Under the pieces are notes generated by a model. The model had not been told where the DNA came from. It did not search any database and saw only the letters and a list, made by a program, of their open reading frames with translations. A DNA stretch of 63,908 nucleotides from Candidatus Aminicenantes bacterium. Its GTDB lineage: Bacteria; Acidobacteriota; Aminicenantia; UBA2199. How positions within the stretch are numbered: the stretch's first letter is position 1; each line of letters begins with the position of its first letter. The stretch spans positions 1 to 63,908 of the forward strand of contig JAFGST010000177.1 in NCBI GenBank assembly GCA_016934475.1, read 5' to 3'. The translations under genes were made by a program, and so were the position numbers. Positions 1 through 9,706 of this stretch are shown here, piece by piece.

Positions 1-1313
1 CCGGTCAGGCGGTAGAGCTGCATGTCGAGAATGGCGTCGGCCTGCACCGCCGTCAGCTTGATCCTTTCCATCAGGACCGCCTTGGCCTCGGGACGGTTCT
101 TCGAGCCGCGAATGATCTTGATGACCAGGTCCAGCTTGCCCAGGGCGATCTTGAGGCCCTCGATGATGTGCGCCCGCTTCTCGGCCTTGTCCAGCTCGAA
201 GAGCGCGCGGCGGCGAATGATCTCCTTGCGATGGCCGAGAAAGTAATTGAAATAATCGATGAGACTGAACTGCTGGGGCTGCTGGTTGACGATGGCCAGC
301 AGGATGATCGAGTAGCTGGTCTGCAGCTGGGTGTGCTTGAAGAGGGCGTTGAGAATGACCTCGGGAATCTCGTCCTTCTTGATCTCGACGACGATGCGCA
401 CCCCGTGGCGGTCCGATTCATCGCGCAGGTCGGAAATGCCCTCGATCTTCTTTCCCTTGACCAGGTCGGCGATGTTCTCCAGGATCTTGGCCTTGTTGGT
501 CTGATAGGGGATCTCGGTGATCACGATCCTCTGTCGCCCGCGCGCGTCGGTCTCGACCACGGCCTTGGCCCGAACGACAAAACTGCCCTTGCCCGTTTCG
601 TAGGCGGCCTTGATCATGTTCTGGCCGAAGATGAATCCGCCGGTGGGGAAGTCGGGCCCCGGCATGATCTTCATGAGATCGTCGATGCTGGCGTCGCGGT
701 TGTCGGCGAAATTGGTGAAGGCATCGATCAGTTCCCCCAGGTTGTGGGGGGGGATGGAGGTCGCCATGCCCACGGCGATCCCGGAGGTGCCGTTCAAGAG
801 CAGCATGGGCAGAAGGGAGGGGAAGATCGCCGGCTCGACCAGCGAGCCGTCGTAGTTGGGGACGAAGTCGACCGTGCCCTTGTCCAGATCAGCCAGCATT
901 TCGTTGGCGATCCGCTGCAGGCGGACCTCGGTGTAGCGCATGGCGGCCGGGGGGTCGCCGTCCAGGGAACCGAAATTGCCCTGGCCGTCGACCAACGGAT
1001 AGCGCAGGGAGAAGTCCTGGGCCATGCGCACCACGGTGTCGTAGACGGCGGCGTCGCCGTGAGGATGGTACTTGCCGATCACGTCGCCTACGATACGCGC
1101 CGACTTCTTGTAGGGCTGGTTGTAATGAGACCCGGTCTGGTGCATGGAGTACAGCGTGCGCCGGTGCACGGGCTTCAGACCGTCACGGATATCGGGAATG
1201 GCGCGGCCGATGATGACGCTCATGGAGTAGTCGAGGTACGAGGTTTTCATCTCGCTCTCGATGGCGACCTCCTCGATCGCCGGCCGCGGCTCTTTCTCCT
1301 TGCCTTTTTCCAT
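1..1313 (-). CDS. gyrA: DNA gyrase subunit A (N-terminal part, runs off the left edge)
   Basis: Absent from the ORF track because no stop lies in the window. My translation from ATG 1313 gives [58 protein letters not shown]..., with [14 protein letters not shown] (catalytic Tyr motif) near 930-970. It starts 10 nt after the gyrB stop. Confidence 0.95.
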   Translation of the reverse strand, partial: MEKGKEKEPRPAIEEVAIESEMKTSYLDYSMSVIIGRAIPDIRDGLKPVHRRTLYSMHQTGSHYNQPYKKSARIVGDVIGKYHPHGDAAVYDTVVRMAQDFSLRYPLVDGQGNFGSLDGDPPAAMRYTEVRLQRIANEMLADLDKGTVDFVPNYDGSLVEPAIFPSLLPMLLLNGTSGIAVGMATSIPPHNLGELIDAFTNFADNRDASIDDLMKIMPGPDFPTGGFIFGQNMIKAAYETGKGSFVVRAKAVVETDARGRQRIVITEIPYQTNKAKILENIADLVKGKKIEGISDLRDESDRHGVRIVVEIKKDEIPEVILNALFKHTQLQTSYSIILLAIVNQQPQQFSLIDYFNYFLGHRKEIIRRRALFELDKAEKRAHIIEGLKIALGKLDLVIKIIRGSKNRPEAKAVLMERIKLTAVQADAILDMQLYRLT

Positions 1314-1323
1314 TCTGCTTCCT

Positions 1324-3738
1324 CTAGATGTCGAGATTCCTGACGTCCAGGGCGTTCTGAATGATGAAATCCTTGCGCTTGGCCGAATCGTTGCCCATCA
1401 GGGTGTCGAAGATCTCCTCGCACTCGCCGAAATCGTTCACCCCGACCTGGAGCAGGGTGCGCTTTTCCGGGTCCATGGTGGTCTCCCAAAGCTGATCGGG
1501 ATTCATCTCGCCGAGGCCCTTGTAGCGCTGGATCGACAGGCCTTTCTTCAAGCGGTCGAACAAAATCCCGACCAGTTCCTTGCGGTTTTCGACGACGAAC
1601 CTCTCCTTGCCGATCTCGACGAAATAGGGGGAGGCGGGGAACTCCGCCAGCTTGTCGTACACCTCGTTGATGTCGGCGAACTCCGGACCGGTCAAGAAAC
1701 TGTGGTCGATCACTTTGTGGGCGCTCACGCCGTTCAGCTCGAACTCGATGTCCAGGATATGGGTGGTGTACTCCTTGTCGAAACGGATCTCCAGGTTGCG
1801 GCAGACCGGGTCCGTCCGCAATTGCCGGGAGATCTCTTTCACCTTGTTCTTGTCGCGGAGATCGTTTTCGCTGTCGATGGTCTCGACCAGCTTCTTCGTC
1901 AGCGGGCGGGGCATGCCGCGCTTCTCGAGGTTGCCCATCAAGAGGTTCTTCTTGTGAACCAGCTTGATGAACTTGACCAGTTTATGGCCCTTCAGGAGCT
2001 CACCGGCGAAGTTCTTCTTGAAAAAAATCACCTCGTCCCCTATTTTGGCGAACAAGTGGTTCTCCAGCTCCTTTTCGTTCTTCAGGTAGACCTTGGCCTG
2101 CCCCTTCTTGATCAGGTACAGAGGCGGCTGGGCCAGGTACAGGAATCCCTTCTCGACCAGCGACTGCATCTGGCGGAAGAAAAAGGTCATGATCAGGGTG
2201 CGGATGTGCGAGCCATCGACATCGGCGTCGGTCATGACCACGATCTTGTGGTAGCGAAGCTTCTCGATGTTGTACATGTCTTTGCCGATGCCCACGCCCA
2301 GGGCGGCAATGATCTTTTTGATCTCTTCGTTCTCCAGCATCTTCGCCGTCGAGGCCTTTTCCACGTTGAGGATCTTGCCTTTCAACGGCAGCACGGCCTG
2401 GAAGCGGCGGTCGCGGCCCTGTTTGGCCGAACCGCCCGCAGAGTCCCCCTCCACGATGTACAGCTCGCTGTCCTCGGGATTCCGCGATTGGCAATCGGCC
2501 AACTTGCCCGGGAGGGTCGTGTTCTCCAGCAGGTTGGACTTGCGCACCAGGTCCTTGGCCTTCTTGGAAGCCTCGCGGGCCTTGGCGGCCAGCAAGACCT
2601 TGTTGATGATCGCCCGGGCGACGGTGAGGTTCTCGTCGAAAAAGTCGCTTAGCTTTTTGTTGACGAAGGACTCCACGATGCCCTTGACGTCCGAATTCCC
2701 CAGCTTGGCCTTGGTCTGTCCCTCGAACTGCGGATCCTTGATGCGGATGGAGACGACCGCCGTCAGGCCTTCGCGGACGTCGTCGCCGGAGAATACGTCC
2801 TTGAAATCCTTGGTCAGGCTGTTGGCTTGGGCGAAATTGTTGATCGTGCGGGTGATGCCCGATTTGAATCCCGACAGGTGGGTGCCGCCTTCGACGGTAT
2901 TGATGTTGTTGACGAAGGAGAGCAGGGTCTCGTTGTACGACTCGACGTACTGGAAGGCGATGTCGATCTCGATGTCGTCCTTCTTGGTGGAGAGGAAGAT
3001 CGGGGAGGTGTGGATCCGCGTTTTCGATCCCACCAGATATTTGACGAACTCGATGAGGCCGCCCTTGAAAAAGAAGACCTCTTTCTTGTCGACCCGCTCA
3101 TCATTGAGGACGATCGTCAAACCCTTGTTCAGGAAGGCGAGTTCCTTCAGCCGCCGCGATAGGACGCTGTAGTTGAACTCGATCGTCTCGAAGATCTCCT
3201 CGTCGGGCCAGAAGGTGATCTTGGTGCCCCGGCGCGCCGATTTTCCCATGCGCTTCAGTTCCGAGGTCGGCTTGCCGAAGGCGTACTTCTGCGAATAGAT
3301 GTTGCCGCCCCTCTTGATCTCCAGCTCCAATTTCGAGGACAAGGCGTTTACGACTGAGACGCCGACGCCGTGCAGGCCTCCCGAGACCTTGTAGCTCTCC
3401 TTGTCGAACTTGCCGCCGGCGTGCAGCGTGGTCATCACTACCTCGGCCGCCGTCCGGCCCTCCTCCTTGTGCAGGTCCACCGGGATGCCGCGGCCGTTGT
3501 CGTTCACGGTGACCGAGTTGTCAAAGTGGATGGTCACCTCGATCTTGTCGCAGAAACCGCCCATGGCCTCGTCGATCGAGTTGTCCACCACCTCGTACAC
3601 CAGGTGATGCAGGCCCGATGGGCCGGTGCTGCCCACGTACATCGCGGGCCGGACGCGCACGGCCTCCAGCCCCTCGAGAACCTTTATGTTTTCTGCCGTG
3701 TACGACTTGTCGTCAAAACTGGCATTGGTCTTGTCCAC
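1324..3738 (-). CDS. gyrB: DNA gyrase subunit B
   Basis: 804-aa ORF. It has a GHKL ATPase N-terminus ([29 protein letters not shown]), Toprim [15 protein letters not shown] and C-terminal [19 protein letters not shown]. The start is GTG. It carries the long Toprim insert typical of diderm GyrB. Confidence 0.97.
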   Translation of the reverse strand: MDKTNASFDDKSYTAENIKVLEGLEAVRVRPAMYVGSTGPSGLHHLVYEVVDNSIDEAMGGFCDKIEVTIHFDNSVTVNDNGRGIPVDLHKEEGRTAAEVVMTTLHAGGKFDKESYKVSGGLHGVGVSVVNALSSKLELEIKRGGNIYSQKYAFGKPTSELKRMGKSARRGTKITFWPDEEIFETIEFNYSVLSRRLKELAFLNKGLTIVLNDERVDKKEVFFFKGGLIEFVKYLVGSKTRIHTSPIFLSTKKDDIEIDIAFQYVESYNETLLSFVNNINTVEGGTHLSGFKSGITRTINNFAQANSLTKDFKDVFSGDDVREGLTAVVSIRIKDPQFEGQTKAKLGNSDVKGIVESFVNKKLSDFFDENLTVARAIINKVLLAAKAREASKKAKDLVRKSNLLENTTLPGKLADCQSRNPEDSELYIVEGDSAGGSAKQGRDRRFQAVLPLKGKILNVEKASTAKMLENEEIKKIIAALGVGIGKDMYNIEKLRYHKIVVMTDADVDGSHIRTLIMTFFFRQMQSLVEKGFLYLAQPPLYLIKKGQAKVYLKNEKELENHLFAKIGDEVIFFKKNFAGELLKGHKLVKFIKLVHKKNLLMGNLEKRGMPRPLTKKLVETIDSENDLRDKNKVKEISRQLRTDPVCRNLEIRFDKEYTTHILDIEFELNGVSAHKVIDHSFLTGPEFADINEVYDKLAEFPASPYFVEIGKERFVVENRKELVGILFDRLKKGLSIQRYKGLGEMNPDQLWETTMDPEKRTLLQVGVNDFGECEEIFDTLMGNDSAKRKDFIIQNALDVRNLDI

Positions 3739-3740
3739 CG

Positions 3741-4778
3741 TTACGACTCCTTTTTCAGCTCGAACAGCCGCCCGAAGCGCTCGTTGCGGGCCACCGACGT
3801 GGCGATGACCTGCACGTCCGGGAAGTGGTCCAGAAGGTATTGCACGTTCTCCTCGTCCATGGCCGCGTCGTAGTCGTCGATCAGGAAAACGGGATACTCG
3901 TCACGAGCCAGGCGGAACAACTCGATGAAGGCCATGTAGACCAGGAGCAGGTATTTCTTTTTCTCCCCCGTCGAGAAGAGCGGCAGCCTCCTGCCAAAGA
4001 CCAGGACCTCGAAGCGATCCCTCTGGGGACCGATCAAGCAGCGCCGGCTTTTGCCCTCCGCCGTGCGCATCCGCTCCAGGTCGCGGAGCAGGGAATCTCT
4101 GGTCGTTGGCAGCGGCGTGAGCAGGGCCGGAAAATAGTTGATCCGCGCCTCGCCATTGAACAGAGCATCCAGCGATTCGTTTAGGCGCCGGATGAAATCC
4201 GCCCGCTGCCCGACAATTCGGCACCCCGTTTCGGCCAAGAGCGAATCCCAACTGGAAATCTGCGTATGATTGATTTTGTTGCCCAAGTTCTTCAGCAGGG
4301 TATTCTTCTGCTTTAAGATCGTATTATAGCGTAAAAGGTCGTTCAAGTAAAGGGGAAACAGCCCATAGATGAAGCGGTCGACCATTTTTCGGAAGTAGGG
4401 GACATGGTCGATGTGGTGATTGTAGGAGAATGAAGAGAAGAACAACGGGAACAGGTGGCGCCCAACCTCCGGCAGCGGCACCTTTTCGCCGTTCAGCTTC
4501 AGGCAAAAGCCCTTTTCCTGCAGGGCGGAAATGACGTTTTCTCCTGAAATATTGAGCACTTCCGCGCTTAAAAAGAATCCACTGGCGTTGAAGTTGATCA
4601 GTTCCCTCCTGTTGGCCGAAAGAAAGGATCTGCCGAATCCGAGAAGAAAAAGCGCCTCGATGATCGATGTCTTGCCGCTGCCGTTGGCGCCGTGGATCAG
4701 GTTTTTCTGGGCGGCAAAGCGGATGGAGAAACGACGGAGGTTGCGAAAACCGTTAATCTCTAAACTTTTTACTACCAA
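3741..4778 (-). CDS. recF: DNA replication and repair protein RecF
   Basis: 345 aa with an N-terminal Walker A GANGSGKTSIIEA. It occupies the classical dnaA-dnaN-recF-gyrB position. The TTG start lies 8 nt after the dnaN stop. Confidence 0.92.
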   Translation of the reverse strand: MVVKSLEINGFRNLRRFSIRFAAQKNLIHGANGSGKTSIIEALFLLGFGRSFLSANRRELINFNASGFFLSAEVLNISGENVISALQEKGFCLKLNGEKVPLPEVGRHLFPLFFSSFSYNHHIDHVPYFRKMVDRFIYGLFPLYLNDLLRYNTILKQKNTLLKNLGNKINHTQISSWDSLLAETGCRIVGQRADFIRRLNESLDALFNGEARINYFPALLTPLPTTRDSLLRDLERMRTAEGKSRRCLIGPQRDRFEVLVFGRRLPLFSTGEKKKYLLLVYMAFIELFRLARDEYPVFLIDDYDAAMDEENVQYLLDHFPDVQVIATSVARNERFGRLFELKKES

Positions 4779-4785
4779 GCAAGGA

Positions 4786-5889
4786 TCAGATGTTCAGCGG
4801 CATGACGATGTAGATGAAGTGGCTCTCGTTGTCATCGAGTGGCTTGAAGAGAAAAGAGCTTTCGCTGTCGTTCAGGCCGACGGCGATCTTCTCGGAATTG
4901 ATGTGGGTAAGGAAATCGAGAACAAAGTTGCCGTTGAACCCGACCTGGACGGCCTTGCCGCCATACTCGATGGGCATCTCGTCATAGCCTTCCCCTTTCT
5001 CGGGCGTCGTCCTCTCCAGGACCAGCTTGTTCTTGGAAAACTTGAACACGACGCCGTTGTTGCGGGTCTTGAATATCAGGATGCGCCGCAGGGTCTGCAG
5101 CAACTCGTCGGCCTTCATGACGGCGGTCTGCTCGGTTTTCTCGGGGATGACGCTTTTGTAGTTGGGGAACTTCTGGTCGACGATCCGCGAGCACAAAATA
5201 CGGTTCTTGTGCTTGAAGAAAAGGTTGTTGTTGTCGAAGGCGAATCCGATCTCCCCTGCGCTGCCGATCTTCATGATCTCCATGAGGGTCTTGCGGGAGA
5301 GGATATATTCCAACGGATCGGACACCGCGGCGTCGGCTTGGATGAAGGAATACGACAGGCGATGGCCGTCGGTTGCGGCCATCTCCAGCTTGCCCTTCGA
5401 TATGGTCATCAGAGCCCCGCCCAGATTGAATTTCAATTCCGGTGAGATCACGTAATAGCAGTTGTTGATCAAGACCTGGAAATCGGCCAAGGAGAGGGTC
5501 AAGGCACTGGCCATGTCATTGCTGGGCAGCTCGGGATAATCAGACGACTGCATGCCCATCATCTTGTACTTGCTCGTCTTCTTTTCGTTGGTGATCACGA
5601 CCTGCAGGTCGTTGTCCTCGGATATCTCAATAATGCCTTCCGGCATCTTGGAAATGAGGTCATACAGGTCCTTGCCGTTGACGGTAACCGAACCGGGATT
5701 CTTGATCTCCACCTGGATGCTCGCGGTCAGACCGATCTCCAGATCGGTGGCCACCATTTCCAGAACCCCGCCATCCAGCGCCGAAATCTTTATATTCTGC
5801 AGGATCTCCATGATGGCTTTTTTCTCGAATATCCCCTGGAACAACCGCAGCTCATTTTCCAATTTCGCCTTTTCCACAAAAATTTTCAT
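4786..5889 (-). CDS. dnaN: DNA polymerase III beta sliding clamp
   Basis: 367 aa, the usual clamp length, lying between dnaA and recF. The start is ATG. Confidence 0.93.
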   Translation of the reverse strand: MKIFVEKAKLENELRLFQGIFEKKAIMEILQNIKISALDGGVLEMVATDLEIGLTASIQVEIKNPGSVTVNGKDLYDLISKMPEGIIEISEDNDLQVVITNEKKTSKYKMMGMQSSDYPELPSNDMASALTLSLADFQVLINNCYYVISPELKFNLGGALMTISKGKLEMAATDGHRLSYSFIQADAAVSDPLEYILSRKTLMEIMKIGSAGEIGFAFDNNNLFFKHKNRILCSRIVDQKFPNYKSVIPEKTEQTAVMKADELLQTLRRILIFKTRNNGVVFKFSKNKLVLERTTPEKGEGYDEMPIEYGGKAVQVGFNGNFVLDFLTHINSEKIAVGLNDSESSFLFKPLDDNESHFIYIVMPLNI

Positions 5890-6048
5890 CTTCGACCTGC
5901 CTTTATCTTATTTTACTAAAGTCAAATCATAATAAAAATAACTAAAAGAAGCAACAGCAAAAAGTGGAAATTCGCAATTCAGCGCCATGGGCAAGACATT
6001 TCTTCTTTTTGTTTGTTGTTGAAAAAAAGCAGTTCACTGTGAAAAACG

Positions 6049-7386
6049 TCAATCGGTGAAAAATTCAACATAGGAATTCACTTTTCTGGAAAATTCGTTA
6101 TCGATTTGCAGCATTTTTTCGATCTTGTTGACCGAATGAAGCACGGTGGTATGGTGCTTGCCGCTGAACGCCAAACCGATTTCGACCAGGGGGGAGCGCG
6201 TCAACTTTTTGGCCAGGTACATGGCGACCTGCCGTGGAAGGGCGATCTTGGGTGAGTTGTTTTTTGATTTCAGGTCCTCGATGCGGATATCGAATTTTTC
6301 CGAGACAAATTCCTGAATGGTGTCGATGGTGATGGTCTTTTTCTCGATATTGATATAAGGTCTCAGGGCCTCCTTGGCGAACGGCAGGGTGATTGTGGTG
6401 GATTGGAGGTCGGCGTGTTTCAGGTCGGCGTAGCCCATGAGCCGGTTCAGTGCTCCCTCCAGTTTTCGGATGTTGTCCTTGATGGAATTGGCCAGGAATT
6501 CGATGACCTCGTTGGGAATGGTGAAATCGTTGTGGAAAGTGTTCTTTCTTTCGGAGATCTTTTTTTGCAGGATGGCAATGCGCGCTTCGAGGTCGTAGGG
6601 GAAAATATCAACGATGGCTCCCATTTCAAACCTGGACTTGATCCGCTTTTCCAGATCGGGCATGTTGTCGGGATGCTTGTCCGAACAGATGACGATCTGC
6701 TTTTCCTGCTGAATCAGGTTGTTGAAAATATAATAGAATTGTTCACTGGTGCCCCCCCACTTGGTGATATACTGGATATCATCGATCAGTAGAACGTCGA
6801 CCGACGTGTATTTCTTGGTGAAGTCCTGACGCTTGTTCAAGCGGGTGTACTCCACGTATTCGTTCATGAAATCGCTGGTGGTCAAGTAGACGACGTTCGT
6901 CTTCTTGTTGTTTTCGATGATCCGGTTGCCGATCGCCTGCATCAGGTGGGTTTTTCCCAGGCCGACGTCGCTATATATGTAGAGCGGATTGTATGATTTC
7001 CCGGGGAACTCGGAAACGGAATGGGCGAACGAATAGGCGATGCGGTTGGAATCGCTCTGGACAAGCGACTCAAAAGTATACCTTTTCTGCAGGCGGGTGT
7101 CGTGATAGAAACTCTCCTCTGCGGGTTCCCTCATCTCCGTCGTGAGGTCATCTTCCCCCAAGGGGACGATCTTGGTGATGAAATCGAACTGTTTTCTTGT
7201 GTAGCTGTTGATTTCTTCCAGCAGATTCTGCTTTATCCATCTCAGGTTTTTCTGGTCGGGGGATCCAAGAAACAGCGTTTTATCCACCGAACCGATGTAT
7301 TTCAAAGGCTCAATCCACTTTTTTCGGGTCGGCTCGTCCAGGACGTTCTTTAGGTAGTTTTTCAATTTTTCCAGGTTGTCCATCAT
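6049..7386 (-). CDS. dnaA: Chromosomal replication initiator DnaA
   Basis: AAA+ Walker A GLGKTHLMQAIGN and a C-terminal DNA-binding region (RQVAMYLAKKLT..., GKHHTTVLHS). The track ORF starts at 7488, but that ATG sits in a predicted -35 box. I prefer the ATGATG at 7386/7383, which is preceded by AAGGA. Confidence 0.92.
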   Translation of the reverse strand: MMDNLEKLKNYLKNVLDEPTRKKWIEPLKYIGSVDKTLFLGSPDQKNLRWIKQNLLEEINSYTRKQFDFITKIVPLGEDDLTTEMREPAEESFYHDTRLQKRYTFESLVQSDSNRIAYSFAHSVSEFPGKSYNPLYIYSDVGLGKTHLMQAIGNRIIENNKKTNVVYLTTSDFMNEYVEYTRLNKRQDFTKKYTSVDVLLIDDIQYITKWGGTSEQFYYIFNNLIQQEKQIVICSDKHPDNMPDLEKRIKSRFEMGAIVDIFPYDLEARIAILQKKISERKNTFHNDFTIPNEVIEFLANSIKDNIRKLEGALNRLMGYADLKHADLQSTTITLPFAKEALRPYINIEKKTITIDTIQEFVSEKFDIRIEDLKSKNNSPKIALPRQVAMYLAKKLTRSPLVEIGLAFSGKHHTTVLHSVNKIEKMLQIDNEFSRKVNSYVEFFTD

Positions 7387-7393
7387 AGCATCC

Positions 7394-7425
7394 TTTTCCA
7401 CAAATTTTTTAACAAATGTGGAAAA
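7394..7425. promoter_or_regulatory. Inverted pair of DnaA-box-like 9-mers (TTTTCCACA 7394-7402, TGTGGAAAA 7417-7425)
   Basis: The two 9-mers are exact reverse complements of each other and differ by one base from the TTATCCACA consensus. They lie in the predicted dnaA 5' leader, directly upstream of the dnaA RBS. Confidence 0.6.
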
Positions 7426-7459
7426 AACCTTTTCTATCTCTTTTTTAATTGACTGTTCC

Positions 7460-7488
7460 ATACTAGAAGAAAAAGAGATGACTGTCAA
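7460..7488 (-). promoter_or_regulatory. Predicted sigma70-type promoter of dnaA
   Basis: Read on the minus strand: TTGACA (7488-7483), 17-nt spacer, TAGTAT (7465-7460). Confidence 0.5.
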
Positions 7489-7491
7489 CCC

Positions 7492-7520
7492 TTGACAAAA
7501 AAAATGCCATTGATTATACC
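7492..7520 (+). promoter_or_regulatory. Predicted promoter of glnA (possibly a leaderless transcript)
   Basis: TTGACA (7492-7497), 17-nt spacer, TATACC (7515-7520). The -10 hexamer ends 6 nt before ATG 7527. The -10 is imperfect. Confidence 0.4.
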
Positions 7521-7526
7521 TGGGGC

Positions 7527-8906
7527 ATGAAAGAGAAAGCCATGCTGAGCAATATGCAGAGAAAATTAATGGACTTGCAGGTAGAATTCATCGATCTCAA
7601 GACCCTCGACTTGAAGGGGAAGCTGCATTCGCTGATGCTGCCCAGCAGCATGCTGGATGAAAAACTCTACTCCTGCGGGGTGGGCTTCGATGCCTCATCT
7701 TACGGCTTCGCCAAGCCGGAAAAGAGCGACATGGTCCTGATCCCCGATCTGGAGACCATGGCCATCGATCCATTCCGGGAAAGGAAGACGGCAATCTTCA
7801 TGGCCAACATCCACCTGACCGACCCGGCCCGCACCCGTTTCTCCGAGGATCCGCGCTTTATCGCCTTCAAGGCCGAAACGGCGCTTTCCAGCTCTAAAAT
7901 CGGGTCCCGGGCGCTTTTCGGGCCCGAGTTCGAGTTTTTTATCTTCAAGGAGGCGGACTACGGCGTATTCGAGGACGGCAACTTTTATTTCCTGAAAAAA
8001 GACAGCGAAGCGAAAAGCAATCAGTACCATGCCGGCTCCCCCGACGACGAACACATCGATTTCAAGAACGAGGCGGCCTCCATGATGCAAAGGCTGGGCA
8101 TCGAGATCAAGTACCACCACCATGAAGTCGCCATGAACCAGCACGAGATTGAGACGCGCTTCAATCCCCTCTTGCAGACCGCGGATCAGGCGGTTCTCAT
8201 CAAGTACGTCCTGTTCAATCTGGCCAAAAAACACAATTTGTTCGTCACCTTCATGCCCAAGCCATTCTTCGGCAAGGCCGGCAATGGCTGGCACGTTCAC
8301 CAGTTCATCGTAGGCCGGGGCGGGAACGCCTTTTTCAAGAAGGGGAACTATGGGAACCTTTCCGATATCGGCCTGCACTATTTATCCGGGCTGCTCTTCC
8401 ACTCGGGATCATTGAGCGCCTTCGCCAATGCCTCGACCAATTCATACAAAAGGCTGGTGCGGGGATTCGAGGCCCCGGTTTCGGCGATCTTTGCTACCTC
8501 GAACCGCAACGCGGCCATCCGCATTCCCTCCTATGTCGAAGAGAACGAGACGCGCCTCGAGTATCGGCCGGGCGACGCAACGGCGAATCCATACCTTTTT
8601 CTTTCGGCCATGCTACTGTCGGGAATCGACGGCGTCTTCAAGAACATGTCGCCGGAAAAATTCAATTTCGGACCTTTCGACGGCGGCGTCCCCGACACCA
8701 AGGTATTCAAGAACAAGATCAAGATGCTGCCCGCCGATCTATCCGAGGCACTGGACTGCCTGGAGAAGGACCATGAGTACTTGCTGTATCAGAATGTCTT
8801 CGACGAAACGCTGGTTCGGCAGTGGCTGAAGATCAAGAGAGCCGAGATCGAGGAGATCTCCGGAATCCCCCATCCCAAAGAGTTCGAACTGTATTTCAAC
8901 TTTTGA
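7527..8906 (+). CDS. glnA: Glutamine synthetase, type I
   Basis: 459 aa. GS motifs are GPEFEFF, HHEVAMNQHEIETRF, NGWHVHQ, NSYKRLVRGFEAP, NRNAAIRIP and RLEYRPGDATANPYL. Confidence 0.92.
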   Translation: MKEKAMLSNMQRKLMDLQVEFIDLKTLDLKGKLHSLMLPSSMLDEKLYSCGVGFDASSYGFAKPEKSDMVLIPDLETMAIDPFRERKTAIFMANIHLTDPARTRFSEDPRFIAFKAETALSSSKIGSRALFGPEFEFFIFKEADYGVFEDGNFYFLKKDSEAKSNQYHAGSPDDEHIDFKNEAASMMQRLGIEIKYHHHEVAMNQHEIETRFNPLLQTADQAVLIKYVLFNLAKKHNLFVTFMPKPFFGKAGNGWHVHQFIVGRGGNAFFKKGNYGNLSDIGLHYLSGLLFHSGSLSAFANASTNSYKRLVRGFEAPVSAIFATSNRNAAIRIPSYVEENETRLEYRPGDATANPYLFLSAMLLSGIDGVFKNMSPEKFNFGPFDGGVPDTKVFKNKIKMLPADLSEALDCLEKDHEYLLYQNVFDETLVRQWLKIKRAEIEEISGIPHPKEFELYFNF

Positions 8907-8935
8907 CCTCTTTCAAGACACTGGGGAAGAAAATC

Positions 8936-9073
8936 TTGGCGGTCGTCGTCATCCTGGTGGTTTTTTTTTCTCCCTTCCTGCTGCTCATCGATCTGGAACG
9001 GTTCATCCCCCTGGTGCTGACCGTCTGGCTCCTTTCCGCCGTCTATTTCGTATTCATCCGGAACCGTTCTTAG
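8936..9073 (+). CDS. Possible small two-TM membrane protein (45 aa)
   Basis: In frame with track ORF 8822-9073, whose 5' part overlaps glnA. A TTG at 8936 preceded by GGGGAAG would give MAVVVILVVFFSPFLLLIDLERFIPLVLTVWLLSAVYFVFIRNRS. I recognise no homology. Confidence 0.25.
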   Translation: MAVVVILVVFFSPFLLLIDLERFIPLVLTVWLLSAVYFVFIRNRS

Positions 9074-9093
9074 CCATCGAAGCTGTGGACGGA

Positions 9094-9109
9094 TGTTTCA
9101 CGTGAAACA
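9094..9109. promoter_or_regulatory. parS centromere-like site
   Basis: TGTTTCACGTGAAACA is a perfect 16-bp palindrome identical to the canonical parS consensus. It lies 34 nt upstream of the rsmG start. Confidence 0.85.
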
Positions 9110-9142
9110 GGACGGGAGCGATGGGCTCCAGGGGGAGGTGCG

Positions 9143-9706
9143 GTGAAGGAGATCGGGCTTTTCCTCGACATGTTGCTGGCTTACAACAAAAAGGTCAACC
9201 TCGTCTCCCGCAGATCGACGAAGGAATCACTGGCGGCCCTGGTTGGCGAAAGCCTGCTGTTGAAGGAACACATTGCCGAACCGCTGGTGATCGATGCCGG
9301 CAGCGGCGGGGGGCTGCTCGGCATTCCGCTGGCCCTGGCCCTTCCCGGCAAGGAATTCGTCCTGGTAGAGACGATCGGCAAGAAGGCGGTCTTTCTGGGC
9401 CAGGCAGTCGCGGGGCTGGCCCTGGCCAACGCCTCCGTATGGCCGGGCTCCATGCGGGAGTTCGTGCGGCATCGCCGTCAACGGGAATGTACCGTCGTTT
9501 CCAGGGGATTTCCGGACCCACGGGAACTGGCCGAACTGGTCCTGTGCCATAAGGTGCGACAGCTGCTGCTGATTTCGTCGGCCGCTAAAATTGATAAAAT
9601 TCGCGGCGCAGTAGCAAATTTCCGGCAAAAACGCTATAATATTCCCCTCAGGGACAATTTGGTCCTCTTCGAGCTGGAGAATGTTTCACGTGAAACGCGA
9701 AGATAA
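9143..9706 (+). CDS. rsmG: 16S rRNA (guanine527-N7)-methyltransferase RsmG/GidB
   Basis: 187 aa with a SAM-binding motif (VIDAGSGGGLLGIPLAL). It has the classical position upstream of parA-parB. The GTG start is preceded by GGGGAGG. Confidence 0.88.
   Translation: MKEIGLFLDMLLAYNKKVNLVSRRSTKESLAALVGESLLLKEHIAEPLVIDAGSGGGLLGIPLALALPGKEFVLVETIGKKAVFLGQAVAGLALANASVWPGSMREFVRHRRQRECTVVSRGFPDPRELAELVLCHKVRQLLLISSAAKIDKIRGAVANFRQKRYNIPLRDNLVLFELENVSRETRR
9682..9697. promoter_or_regulatory. Second parS site (15 of 16 match)
   Basis: TGTTTCACGTGAAACG lies inside the last codons of rsmG, 9 nt before the parA ATG. Confidence 0.8.

Noticed and set aside
168-2652. Long plus-strand ORFs (168-1343, 391 aa; 1261-2652, 463 aa) opposite gyrA and gyrB
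   Set aside because: They are codon-aligned antisense shadow ORFs of strongly supported genes. Their composition is dominated by G, D, V, A, L, H and R with no recognisable motif. A GC3-rich genome is expected to produce them, because the reverse complements of stop codons (TTA, CTA, TCA) are rarely used codons.
7387-7488. N-terminal 34-codon extension of dnaA in the ORF track (start at 7488)
   Set aside because: The ATG at 7488 lies within a predicted -35 hexamer, and the extension would contain the two DnaA boxes and the dnaA promoter. The ATG at 7386 has an AAGGA RBS and gives a DnaA-like N-terminus.
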